A DNA stretch of 24,589 nt from Abditibacteriaceae bacterium. Its GTDB lineage: Bacteria; Armatimonadota; Abditibacteriia; Abditibacteriales; Abditibacteriaceae. Under the pieces are notes generated by a model. The model saw only the letters and a program-made list of their open reading frames with translations, was not told the DNA's origin and did not search any database. This document shows positions 7,474 to 15,150 of the stretch, piece after piece. The translations under genes and the position numbers were made by a program. How positions within the stretch are numbered: position 1 is the stretch's first letter; each line of letters begins with the position of its first letter. Where the stretch lies: positions 1-24,589 of the forward strand of contig JANPJS010000187.1 of NCBI GenBank assembly GCA_031425655.1, written 5' to 3'.

Positions 7474-10032
7474 ATGGACAACCGCAAGCGATTGATTGTT
7501 ATAGGTAACGGCATGGTCGGCCACAAGTTTTTGGAGCGTTTCGCCGCATCGGGCGCGCTGGAACAGTGGCAGGTGACGACGTTTTGCGAAGAACCGCGCC
7601 TTGCCTACGACCGCGTCGGATTGAGCGGCTTTTTCGAGGGCAAAAACGCCGATGATTTGGCGCTGACTTCTCCGCTCTTTTTTCTCGAACACGGCATTGC
7701 GGTGCGCGTTGGCGACCGCGCCGCGACTATTGACCGGAGTGCCAAATGCGTGCATTCGCAGCATGGCGAAACTCTGCCGTATGACGCGATTATTTTAGCG
7801 ACTGGCTCGTTTCCCTTCGTGCCGCCGATTCCCGGCAAAGACGCGCAGGGCAGCTTCGTTTATCGCACGATTGAAGACCTCGAAGCCATTCGAGACTACG
7901 CCGCAAATTGCAAAACCGGCGTGGTCGTCGGCGGCGGCTTGCTCGGATTGGAAGCGGCCAATGCGCTGCGGAATTTAGGTTTGGAAACCAACGTCGTCGA
8001 GTTCGCGCCGCGCTTGATGTCGGTGCAAATTGACGATGCCGGCGGGCGCCTTCTCAAAAAGAAAATCGAAGATTTGGGCGTGCGCGTTCACTTGAATAAA
8101 TCCACCACGCAAATCGTGGCCGACGAAAACGGGCGCATTTGCAAGATGATTTTCGCCGACAACAGCGAGTTGGAAACCGAAATGATCGTGTTTTCCGCCG
8201 GTATCCGTCCGCGCGACGACATTGCGCGCGAATGCGGCCTCGAAGTCGGCCCGCGCGGCGGCATCGCTGTTGATGAAGAGTGCCGCACCAGCGACCCGGA
8301 TATTTTGGCGATTGGCGAATGTGCGCTGTATTCCGGGCGCATTTTTGGCCTCGTCGCACCCGGTTATGCGATGGCGAATACCGCCGTTCACACGCTGACG
8401 GGCGGTGCCGAACGCTTTACTGGCGCCGATATGAGCACCAAATTGAAGCTGATGGGCGTGGATGTCGCCAGCTTCGGCGACGCTTTTGGAGCCGCGCCGG
8501 GCGCGCAGGATTTGTTCTTTTCCGATGCCAAAGTCGGCATCTATAAAAAGTTGGTTTTGAACGAAGACGGCACGCGCTTAATCGGCGGCATTTTGGTGGG
8601 CGATGCCAGCGATTACGCCACGCTGCAAAGCTACGTCAAAGACGCCATGCCCCTCCCGGAGCATCCCGAAGACTTGATTTTACCCGTCCGCGACGGCAAA
8701 AGCGTGCTCGCTAAAGGCGTGCTTTCTCTGCCGCCGACAGCGCAAATTTGCTCGTGCGAAAACGTTTCCAAAGGCGCGATTTGCAATTCGATTTGCGAAA
8801 TGCAGCTCATGGACGTGGCGGGCATTAAAAAATGCACCAAAGCCGGGACGGGCTGCGGTGGCTGTGTGCCGCTGCTGACCGACATTCTCAAAGACGAACT
8901 GGCCAAAGCCGGAATCGCCGTCAACAATCACATTTGCGAGCATTTTCCGTATTCGCGCCAGGAGCTTTATCACATCGTTCGCGTTGAGCGATTGGCTAAC
9001 TTCGACCAACTTTTACAAAAACACGGCAGCGGAATGGGCTGCGAAATCTGCAAGCCCGCCGTCGCTTCGATTTTGGCTTCGACGTGGAACGAATACATTC
9101 TTGACGAACAGCACGCCGGACTTCAGGACACCAACGACCGCTTTTTAGCCAACCTGCAAAAAGACGGCACTTATTCAGTCGTGCCGCGCATTGCGGGCGG
9201 CGAAATCACGCCCGAAAAGCTGATTGTTATCGGCGAAATCGCGCGCGACTTCGGCTTGTATACCAAGATCACGGGCGGGCAGCGCATTGATTTATTCGGC
9301 GCTCGCGTAGATCAACTGCCGATCATTTGGAAGCGCCTCGTGGATGCCGGATTCGAGTCGGGCCACGCTTACGGCAAGGCGCTGCGCACCATTAAATCGT
9401 GCGTCGGCTCGACGTGGTGTCGTTACGGCGTGCAGGATTCGGTCGCGCTTGCCATCGAACTCGAAGAGCGTTACCGCGGCATTCGCGCGCCGCACAAAAT
9501 CAAGTCAGCGGTGTCGGGCTGCACACGCGAATGCGCCGAAGCGCAAAGCAAGGATTTCGGCGTCATTGCCACGGAAAAAGGCTGGAATCTCTACGTTTGC
9601 GGCAACGGCGGCATGAAGCCGCAGCACGCGCAACTGCTTGCTTCTGATTTGGACAAAGACACTTTAGTCGCCTACATTGACCGTTTCGTGATGTTTTACA
9701 TCCGCACAGCGGGCCGTTTGGAGCGCACCGCAACGTGGCTCAACAAGCTGGACGGCGGCCTCGAATACCTGCAAAAAGTGATTATTGAGGATTCGCTGGG
9801 CATCTGCGACGAATTGGAAAGCGAACTGGCGCACCTCATCAAAAGCTACCGCTGCGAGTGGAAAGCGACGTTGGACGACCCGCAAAAACTGGCTCGTTTC
9901 AGCCACTTCGTCAACTCGGACGAAAGCGACACCAACATCGTCTTCGTGCCCGAACGCGGCCAAATCCGCCCCGCTTTCACATCCGAAAAAGCGTTTATTC
10001 CGCTCACCACGAGAGAAACCGAATTAGTTTGA
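7474..10032 (+). CDS. nirB: NADH-dependent assimilatory nitrite reductase large subunit (852 aa)
   Basis: RBS GAAAGGA before ATG 7474. FAD motif IGNGMVGHKF, NAD motif GGGLLGLEAA, BFD Fe-S motifs CSCENV...GTGCGGC and CEHF...GCEICKP, LQDTNDRFLANLQKDGTYSVVPR, and siroheme/4Fe-4S motifs SCVGSTWCRYG and SGCTRECAEA. Confidence 0.97.
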   Translation: MDNRKRLIVIGNGMVGHKFLERFAASGALEQWQVTTFCEEPRLAYDRVGLSGFFEGKNADDLALTSPLFFLEHGIAVRVGDRAATIDRSAKCVHSQHGETLPYDAIILATGSFPFVPPIPGKDAQGSFVYRTIEDLEAIRDYAANCKTGVVVGGGLLGLEAANALRNLGLETNVVEFAPRLMSVQIDDAGGRLLKKKIEDLGVRVHLNKSTTQIVADENGRICKMIFADNSELETEMIVFSAGIRPRDDIARECGLEVGPRGGIAVDEECRTSDPDILAIGECALYSGRIFGLVAPGYAMANTAVHTLTGGAERFTGADMSTKLKLMGVDVASFGDAFGAAPGAQDLFFSDAKVGIYKKLVLNEDGTRLIGGILVGDASDYATLQSYVKDAMPLPEHPEDLILPVRDGKSVLAKGVLSLPPTAQICSCENVSKGAICNSICEMQLMDVAGIKKCTKAGTGCGGCVPLLTDILKDELAKAGIAVNNHICEHFPYSRQELYHIVRVERLANFDQLLQKHGSGMGCEICKPAVASILASTWNEYILDEQHAGLQDTNDRFLANLQKDGTYSVVPRIAGGEITPEKLIVIGEIARDFGLYTKITGGQRIDLFGARVDQLPIIWKRLVDAGFESGHAYGKALRTIKSCVGSTWCRYGVQDSVALAIELEERYRGIRAPHKIKSAVSGCTRECAEAQSKDFGVIATEKGWNLYVCGNGGMKPQHAQLLASDLDKDTLVAYIDRFVMFYIRTAGRLERTATWLNKLDGGLEYLQKVIIEDSLGICDELESELAHLIKSYRCEWKATLDDPQKLARFSHFVNSDESDTNIVFVPERGQIRPAFTSEKAFIPLTTRETELV

Positions 10033-10146
10033 ATTGGAACACGGGCCTTCGGCACACGGAAACGGCACAGATTGACACGGATCAATCCAAAGAAAAATCC
10101 GTGTTAATCCGTGGCCGTTTCCGCGTAATCCGTGTCCCATTGAAAG
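10032..10146. repeat. Long palindromic intergenic element, ACACGG family, copy 2
   Basis: AATTGGAACACGG...GATCAATCCAAAGAAAAATCCGTGTTAATCCGTG...CCGTGTCCCATTGAAAG. It starts at the nirB stop and ends just before the nirD RBS. Confidence 0.85.
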
Positions 10147-10163
10147 CTTGAGAAGGAGACATC

Positions 10164-10490
10164 ATGCAAAATTGGATCGAAGTTTGTGCCGTCGAGTGCA
10201 TCGCGCCCGGCACCGGCGTGTGCGCTTTAATCGGCGCCGAACAAGTGGCGATTTTTCGCATCGCCGCCACCGACGAACTATTTGCCATCGGCAACCACGA
10301 CCCGTTTAGCGGCGCCAATGTGCTGTCGCGCGGCATCATCGGCGACAAGAACGGCAAGCCCAAAGTTGCTTCTCCGGTTTACAAGCAGAACTTTTGCTTG
10401 CTCACCGGAGAATGTTTAGACGACCCGGCGGTGAAACTGCCGATTTATCCGGTGCGCTGCGAAAACGGGCGTGTGATGGTTGCGATTTAA
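10164..10490 (+). CDS. nirD: Nitrite reductase small subunit (Rieske-like)
   Basis: RBS GAAGGAG. WIEVC..I.PGTGVCALI..EQVAIFR, AIGNHDPFSGANVLSRGIIGD and VASPVYKQNFCLLTGECLDD. Directly follows nirB. Confidence 0.95.
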   Translation: MQNWIEVCAVECIAPGTGVCALIGAEQVAIFRIAATDELFAIGNHDPFSGANVLSRGIIGDKNGKPKVASPVYKQNFCLLTGECLDDPAVKLPIYPVRCENGRVMVAI

Positions 10491-10495
10491 AACCG

Positions 10496-10620
10496 TTAAA
10501 CACAAAGACACAAAGGCGCAAAGAAATCACAAAGTTTAGAAATTGGATTTAAAGGCTTTACTCTTTTCAATCCTCAACTTTGTTTGTGATTTCTTTGCGC
10601 CTTTGTGTCTTTGTGTTTAA
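10496..10620. repeat. Perfect 38-bp inverted repeat built from CACAAAG-type units; probable bidirectional terminator or REP-like element
   Basis: TTAAACACAAAGACACAAAGGCGCAAAGAAATCACAAA (10496-10533) and its exact reverse complement (10583-10620), lying between the convergent nirD and dehydrogenase stops. Confidence 0.9.
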
Positions 10621-10623
10621 AGT

Positions 10624-11508
10624 TTATTTTTCAAGCGCCGCCATGCGCGCCAGCACTTTATACATGGCCTGAATGCCGTCCGCGCCGTCGCCGTTGGCTT
10701 GCGCGGCGCGCCAGAGCTGCGTAGTCAGGGCCGCGCCGGGCAGCGAGGCTTGCGCGGCTTCGGCGGCTTGAGCGACTAAGCGCATATCTTTTTGCTGCGT
10801 GTCCACCATGAAACCGGGCGCGAAATCGCCGCGCAGGATTTTCGGCGCGAGGTTTTGCAAAGCCCAACTCGCCGCCGCACCACCCGACAATCCTTCCACG
10901 ATTTTTTCGCCTTCGATGCCCATCTTCTGACACAAAACCAAGGCTTCGCAAACGCCGAGCAAGTTCATCGCGCCCATGATCTGGTTGCACAATTTGACGC
11001 CCTGCCCGCAGCCCGCCGCGCCGCAAAAGGTGATGGTTTTGCCCATCGCTTGAAACAGCGGCATCGCTGCGTCGAAATCGCTTGGTTCGCCTGCCGCGAG
11101 AATTGAAAGCGTGGCGTTTTGCGCGCCGATGGTGCCGCCGGTCACGGGCGCTTCCAAAAAACGAAAGCCGCGCGATTGCGCCGTTTGCGACAATTCGCGC
11201 GCTTTTTCAGGCGCGATTGTGCTCATGTCAATGAAAAGCGCGCCCGGCGCGGCGGTTTGGGCCGCGCCATTTTCGCCGAATAAAACCGCTTCGACATCCG
11301 GCCCATCGGTGACAACAGAAACCACGAAATGCGCGCCCTGCGCGGCTGCCTTTGGCGTGTCGTGCGCTGTTGCGCCAGCTTCGACGACCGGCTCGGTTTT
11401 GCTTTGCGTGCGATTGTAGCAAGCCACTTCGTAGCCGGCGCGCAATAAGTTGACGGCCATCGGCGCGCCCATCAAGCCGGTGCCGAGAAACGCAATTCTT
11501 TGAGTCAT
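10624..11508 (-). CDS. NAD(P)-dependent beta-hydroxyacid dehydrogenase (3-hydroxyisobutyrate dehydrogenase / tartronate semialdehyde reductase family)
   Basis: IAFLGTGLMGAPMA.NL, YNRT, FIDMSTI, FLEAPVTGG..GA, GQGVKLCNQ and FAPGF...QKDM. Start set at MTQRIAF (11508). Confidence 0.9.
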   Translation of the reverse strand: MTQRIAFLGTGLMGAPMAVNLLRAGYEVACYNRTQSKTEPVVEAGATAHDTPKAAAQGAHFVVSVVTDGPDVEAVLFGENGAAQTAAPGALFIDMSTIAPEKARELSQTAQSRGFRFLEAPVTGGTIGAQNATLSILAAGEPSDFDAAMPLFQAMGKTITFCGAAGCGQGVKLCNQIMGAMNLLGVCEALVLCQKMGIEGEKIVEGLSGGAAASWALQNLAPKILRGDFAPGFMVDTQQKDMRLVAQAAEAAQASLPGAALTTQLWRAAQANGDGADGIQAMYKVLARMAALEK

Positions 11509-11670
11509 AGATAAATCCTGAAGGGTGAAATCAAATGATTTTACAAGTAATTGAGGCGTAGGCTTTCCGAATGGATTCACGTTAAAGTAGAATCCAAAAG
11601 GAACCCAACGTGTCGAGTTCCTTAGCCAGACAAAACATGGTCCTGTCCTACGATAGAAGGCAAGTTATAA

Positions 11671-11719
11671 CAGAAAAGAAAAACCCCGCACTCGACGAGC
11701 GCGGGGTTTCTCTTTTCTG
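11671..11719 (-). terminator. Rho-independent terminator (potentially bidirectional)
   Basis: CAGAAAAGAAAAACCCCGCACTCGACGAGCGCGGGGTTTCTCTTTTCTG: a GC stem with A/T tails on both sides, 22 nt downstream of the DUF1559 gene stop. Confidence 0.8.
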
Positions 11720-11741
11720 CTTTGGTTGAAGGGAGTAAATC

Positions 11742-12527
11742 TCAGTCGTTGGCTACGGTAAAGATTTTCCAAACGTTGGCGCCGGCAGTGCCGCCGACGC
11801 GCAAACTCTCAACGCCCAAAGACTTAACGTGACCATCACAGTAGAGAACATTGAGCTTATCTAAGTGACGTTCAATGGGTTCACCGTTACCGCATTGTAA
11901 ACGGCGCGGCGTTCCTCCCACGCTCAATCCACCTGCCGCCGTATCGTTCTCCCACGCAATTTCAAAGTTGTTTCCTGCCGCATTTACATCTGCGACGAAC
12001 AAAGTCGTAGAGGGCACCACAATTTCGGAAAGAGCACGATTGTTGGGATTGCCGCCGCCTGTTCCGCCCCAATAAGCGACGTTGTAACCATAGGTGCCGA
12101 AAGGCCCGCCGGTTCCGGCAGTCTGTGTGGCTGGATTACGGTAGACATAAGGCGCACTGCCGCCACTGGCACTGGGACACGTATAAAGCTGAGTGCTCTT
12201 GACGTAAGGATAAATGCAATCCATCCAGCGCCAAGAGCCAGGATAACCAGCCCCACCCACAGCAGTCCAGGCCGGGGGCGTTGTTTCGTCGTAATCCTGT
12301 GTGTATTGCAAAAGGCCAAGGCCGATTTGCTTCAGGTTGTTGGCGCAGCTTGACTTGCGCGCGTTTTCGCGCGCACGCGCAAAAACCGGGAACAGAATGG
12401 CCGCCAGCAGCGCAATGATCGCTATGACGACCAGCAATTCGATCAGCGTGAAGCCGGAACGCCCATTTCGCGTTTTGCCGTGTGTGACGGCAGGGCCGGT
12501 TTGAAACCGGCGATTGACAAATAACAT
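11742..12527 (-). CDS. Prepilin-type N-terminal cleavage/methylation domain protein (DUF1559, H-X9-DG C-terminal motif)
   Basis: [67 protein letters not shown] and [25 protein letters not shown] before ATG 12527. Confidence 0.92.
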   Translation of the reverse strand: MLFVNRRFQTGPAVTHGKTRNGRSGFTLIELLVVIAIIALLAAILFPVFARARENARKSSCANNLKQIGLGLLQYTQDYDETTPPAWTAVGGAGYPGSWRWMDCIYPYVKSTQLYTCPSASGGSAPYVYRNPATQTAGTGGPFGTYGYNVAYWGGTGGGNPNNRALSEIVVPSTTLFVADVNAAGNNFEIAWENDTAAGGLSVGGTPRRLQCGNGEPIERHLDKLNVLYCDGHVKSLGVESLRVGGTAGANVWKIFTVAND

Positions 12528-12584
12528 TTCTTTCTCCTCGTGCCCCTGAAGGGGTTTAAGCAATTGTGCCCCATTTCTTCAAGT

Positions 12585-12600
12585 TTGAAACCGGTTTACA
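12585..12600. promoter_or_regulatory. Putative LacI-family operator upstream of the DUF1559 gene
   Basis: TTGAAACCGGTTTACA with a perfect palindromic core AAACCGGTTT. It lies just downstream of a minus-strand TAAAAT -10 candidate (12611-12616). Confidence 0.45.
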
Positions 12601-12680
12601 CCTTCTTTCGATTTTATTGGCCGAAATCGAACAAAAGCGGCAAGATGTTCGCGGCACAGGCACTTGCTAACAAGCGCCTA

Positions 12681-12914
12681 CTAACGAGCCGCAGGACTTG
12701 AGTTTTTGCTGCCGGGCGCGATGCGTTTGGGAAGTTTGTCGGTGGACGGGCTTGATCCCGCGCTTGGTGGAATCGGTGCTTGTGACTCTGCCGGCGGCGC
12801 TGCTTTGCTACAGCCAACAACGGCCACACTCATTGACAAACCGAGCAGGCCAGCCCAAAATAAGCGCCCCGCGCTAAGCCGACCCTTCGAGACAGACTCG
12901 TAATTACTCTTCAT
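12681..12914 (-). CDS. Small putative lipoprotein with Pro/Ser-rich tail (77 aa)
   Basis: RBS GGAGAG before ATG 12914. Hydrophobic stretch LFWAGLLGLSMSVAVVGC ends in a lipobox-like VVGC. Such small genes often accompany DUF1559 genes. Confidence 0.55.
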   Translation of the reverse strand: MKSNYESVSKGRLSAGRLFWAGLLGLSMSVAVVGCSKAAPPAESQAPIPPSAGSSPSTDKLPKRIAPGSKNSSPAAR

Positions 12915-12954
12915 GCGATTACTCTCCATTTTGACATTCCCAGATTGGCAATTG

Positions 12955-14907
12955 TCAGTGCTGCACACCAGTGAGATGCGGTGCGCCGGGCAAGGACACT
13001 TGACGGGTAATGCCTTTTTCTTCATCAATTATAAAACTGCGTCCCGCCAACAAATTATCGAAATGGGACACCTTTCCGTCGGGCCAGCGCACCTTGAGCG
13101 TAGCGATTTTCAAATTAGCACCTATACCGAGCGTAGCAGGCAATTCGCTCTGAGACAAATATGATGAGCCACATCGCACCCAGCGCACGAAGCGTTCACT
13201 TTTGGTGGAAACTTCAATTAAGGCTCCAATCGCTTGACGATTGGGAGGCCGACCAGATAATTGAATTCTTAGAGCGCGATTAGCGCCTGTCAACTGCGGA
13301 AATTGTGCAGAACTGTCATTTCTGAGCAAAAGAGGTGCTGCCCCATTGCTGGTGAGCACGACATCTACGTCGCCGTCTAAATCGTAGTCGGCACAGGCCA
13401 GGCCGCGACCAACTAAGGGCGTCGCGGCTGCAGGGCCGGCGCGCTGAGCCACTTCAAAGAATTGTTTTTGGCGCTGCAAGTAAATCTGCGGAGGCTGCTG
13501 GAACGTCAGACTGGGGTTTGTCGTGGCGACATCAGCGTTGATATGGCCGTTGGCAGTGATGAAATCGGGCCAGCTGTCGTTGTCGAAATCCGCGAAGGCT
13601 GCGCCGAAGGTCGTAGATTTAAAACTACTGGAACCCATGGAAGTGAGCGGCACAATATCGGTGAAGACGCGGTCCTGATTGACCCATAATCCCAGCATTT
13701 CTTCAGAAAAATTACCGATTAGCACGCTGTCGCGCCCGGTATGAAAAATGTCGGCGGTGTCAATGCCCATACCGGCGCGCACCATGCCTTGCGAAGTGAG
13801 CGCTAATCCTGCTCTTCGTCCGACTTCCTTAAAAGTGCCTTTGCCCGTGTTTTCCAGCAAATGATTGGGTGTCATATCGTTGGCAACGGCGATGTCCGGC
13901 CAATTATCGCCGTTCCAATCGAAAACGGCGACACCTAAGGCATTTCCGGTCAGCGGGAACAATTTTCCCCCGAAAATCGGCGACGGCTGGCGCCCCACAC
14001 CGGAGGCATCTGAAACGTTCACAAAACGGGTGCCGGTGTTGCGGTAAAGATGGCTCACGCGGGCTTTATAAGCTCGCGGACGACTATAGGATTTATGAAT
14101 TCCATCTGTGCTGTAAAACGTGTCGCGCTCCGGCGCCCAATCTATGTAACGACAAACGAACAAATCCAAGCGTCCATCCCGATCATAATCGAGCCACGCC
14201 GCACTGCTATTGAAACCATTGTCAGCCACGCCGGCGCGTTGCGTAACGTCTTCAAATTTGCCTCCTCCGCGATTTCTAAAAAGCAAATTGTGTGGATAAG
14301 CCGTGATATAAATATCGGTTAAGCCGTCGCCATCGTAGTCGGCGGCGCTGGCCCCCATTCCGTAAATTTCTTTGTCCAAACCACAGCCGCGTGTCACATC
14401 CCGAAACGTGCCGTCGCGGTTGTTACGGTAAAGCGCCCCGGTGTGCGTGCGATGCAAATGCGGTGGAATATCTCGCCGCAAGGGTGCCTTCGGGCCGTGG
14501 GCTGCGCGAAACGCCTGGGTTTCCTGACGGCTCCAGGGCCGATTCTTGAAGGCGGCAATCTCTTTTTCCGTCCAATCGCGGCTGTTTACAAAAAATAAGT
14601 CCGGCCAGCCATCGTTGTCATAATCAAAAAACACGACGCCACTGCCAACGTTTTCGGGCATCATTTTCAATCCGAACGCGCCGTTGTAGTGTTGAAAACG
14701 AATGCCCGCACTTTGCGTCGCGTCGGTAAAGTAAAGCGGAGGCACGGTTTCTACGGCTTTGGCGGGCCGAGCCGCGTTTGGCGTGGGAATCGAATTTTCG
14801 CTCTGGCGCGAGCCACAACCGCTTAACAAGCCTCCCAGGCAAGTCAACGCCGCAACAACGGTTTTATAGCGCCGCATTGTTACGTAGAGGTCATTTAGAA
14901 AATTCAT
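12955..14907 (-). CDS. CRTAC1-family / ASPIC-UnbV domain lipoprotein with FG-GAP (VCBS-like) repeats
   Basis: Lipobox GGLLSGC, repeated DYDNDGWPDLF / DYDGDGLTDIY / DYDRDGRLDLF / DFDNDSWPDF motifs, GRGLACADYDLDGDVD, and C-terminal NRQAIGA...GSSYLSQS...LGIG...VRWPDG. Start is uncertain (14907 or 14877). Confidence 0.88.
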   Translation of the reverse strand: MNFLNDLYVTMRRYKTVVAALTCLGGLLSGCGSRQSENSIPTPNAARPAKAVETVPPLYFTDATQSAGIRFQHYNGAFGLKMMPENVGSGVVFFDYDNDGWPDLFFVNSRDWTEKEIAAFKNRPWSRQETQAFRAAHGPKAPLRRDIPPHLHRTHTGALYRNNRDGTFRDVTRGCGLDKEIYGMGASAADYDGDGLTDIYITAYPHNLLFRNRGGGKFEDVTQRAGVADNGFNSSAAWLDYDRDGRLDLFVCRYIDWAPERDTFYSTDGIHKSYSRPRAYKARVSHLYRNTGTRFVNVSDASGVGRQPSPIFGGKLFPLTGNALGVAVFDWNGDNWPDIAVANDMTPNHLLENTGKGTFKEVGRRAGLALTSQGMVRAGMGIDTADIFHTGRDSVLIGNFSEEMLGLWVNQDRVFTDIVPLTSMGSSSFKSTTFGAAFADFDNDSWPDFITANGHINADVATTNPSLTFQQPPQIYLQRQKQFFEVAQRAGPAAATPLVGRGLACADYDLDGDVDVVLTSNGAAPLLLRNDSSAQFPQLTGANRALRIQLSGRPPNRQAIGALIEVSTKSERFVRWVRCGSSYLSQSELPATLGIGANLKIATLKVRWPDGKVSHFDNLLAGRSFIIDEEKGITRQVSLPGAPHLTGVQH

Positions 14908-15007
14908 AAAGCTGTCAGATTCCTCTTTTGCTTGCTTGGGTGAAAAGCGATGGACTGGCTTCTTGCCTGACGGCAATTTGCAGCCTATTGCATCCAATTT
15001 TATTCTG

Positions 15008-15034
15008 TTCACAATCTCGAAACAAAAACTTCAC
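15008..15034 (+). promoter_or_regulatory. GlnR-box-like array with 11-bp period upstream of the nitrate reductase gene
   Basis: TTCAC-n6-GAAAC-n6-TTCAC at 15008, 15019 and 15030. The core AACAAAAACTTCACT (15021-15035) is nearly identical to the nirB site. Confidence 0.6.
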
Positions 15035-15150
15035 TTGAAATACATTTTCGGCACGCGGACAACGCGCAGGGCAAACGGCACTATTCAATTTGTTTTGGCC
15101 CAAAACCCTGATTTTTCAAACCCTGTTCAACGGAATCCAGCTTATTCAAT

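Noticed and set aside
11509..11670. Possible ncRNA in the AT-rich spacer upstream of the dehydrogenase
   Set aside because: Only a short AAGGAAC/GTTCCTT stem is visible, and I recognise no RNA family.
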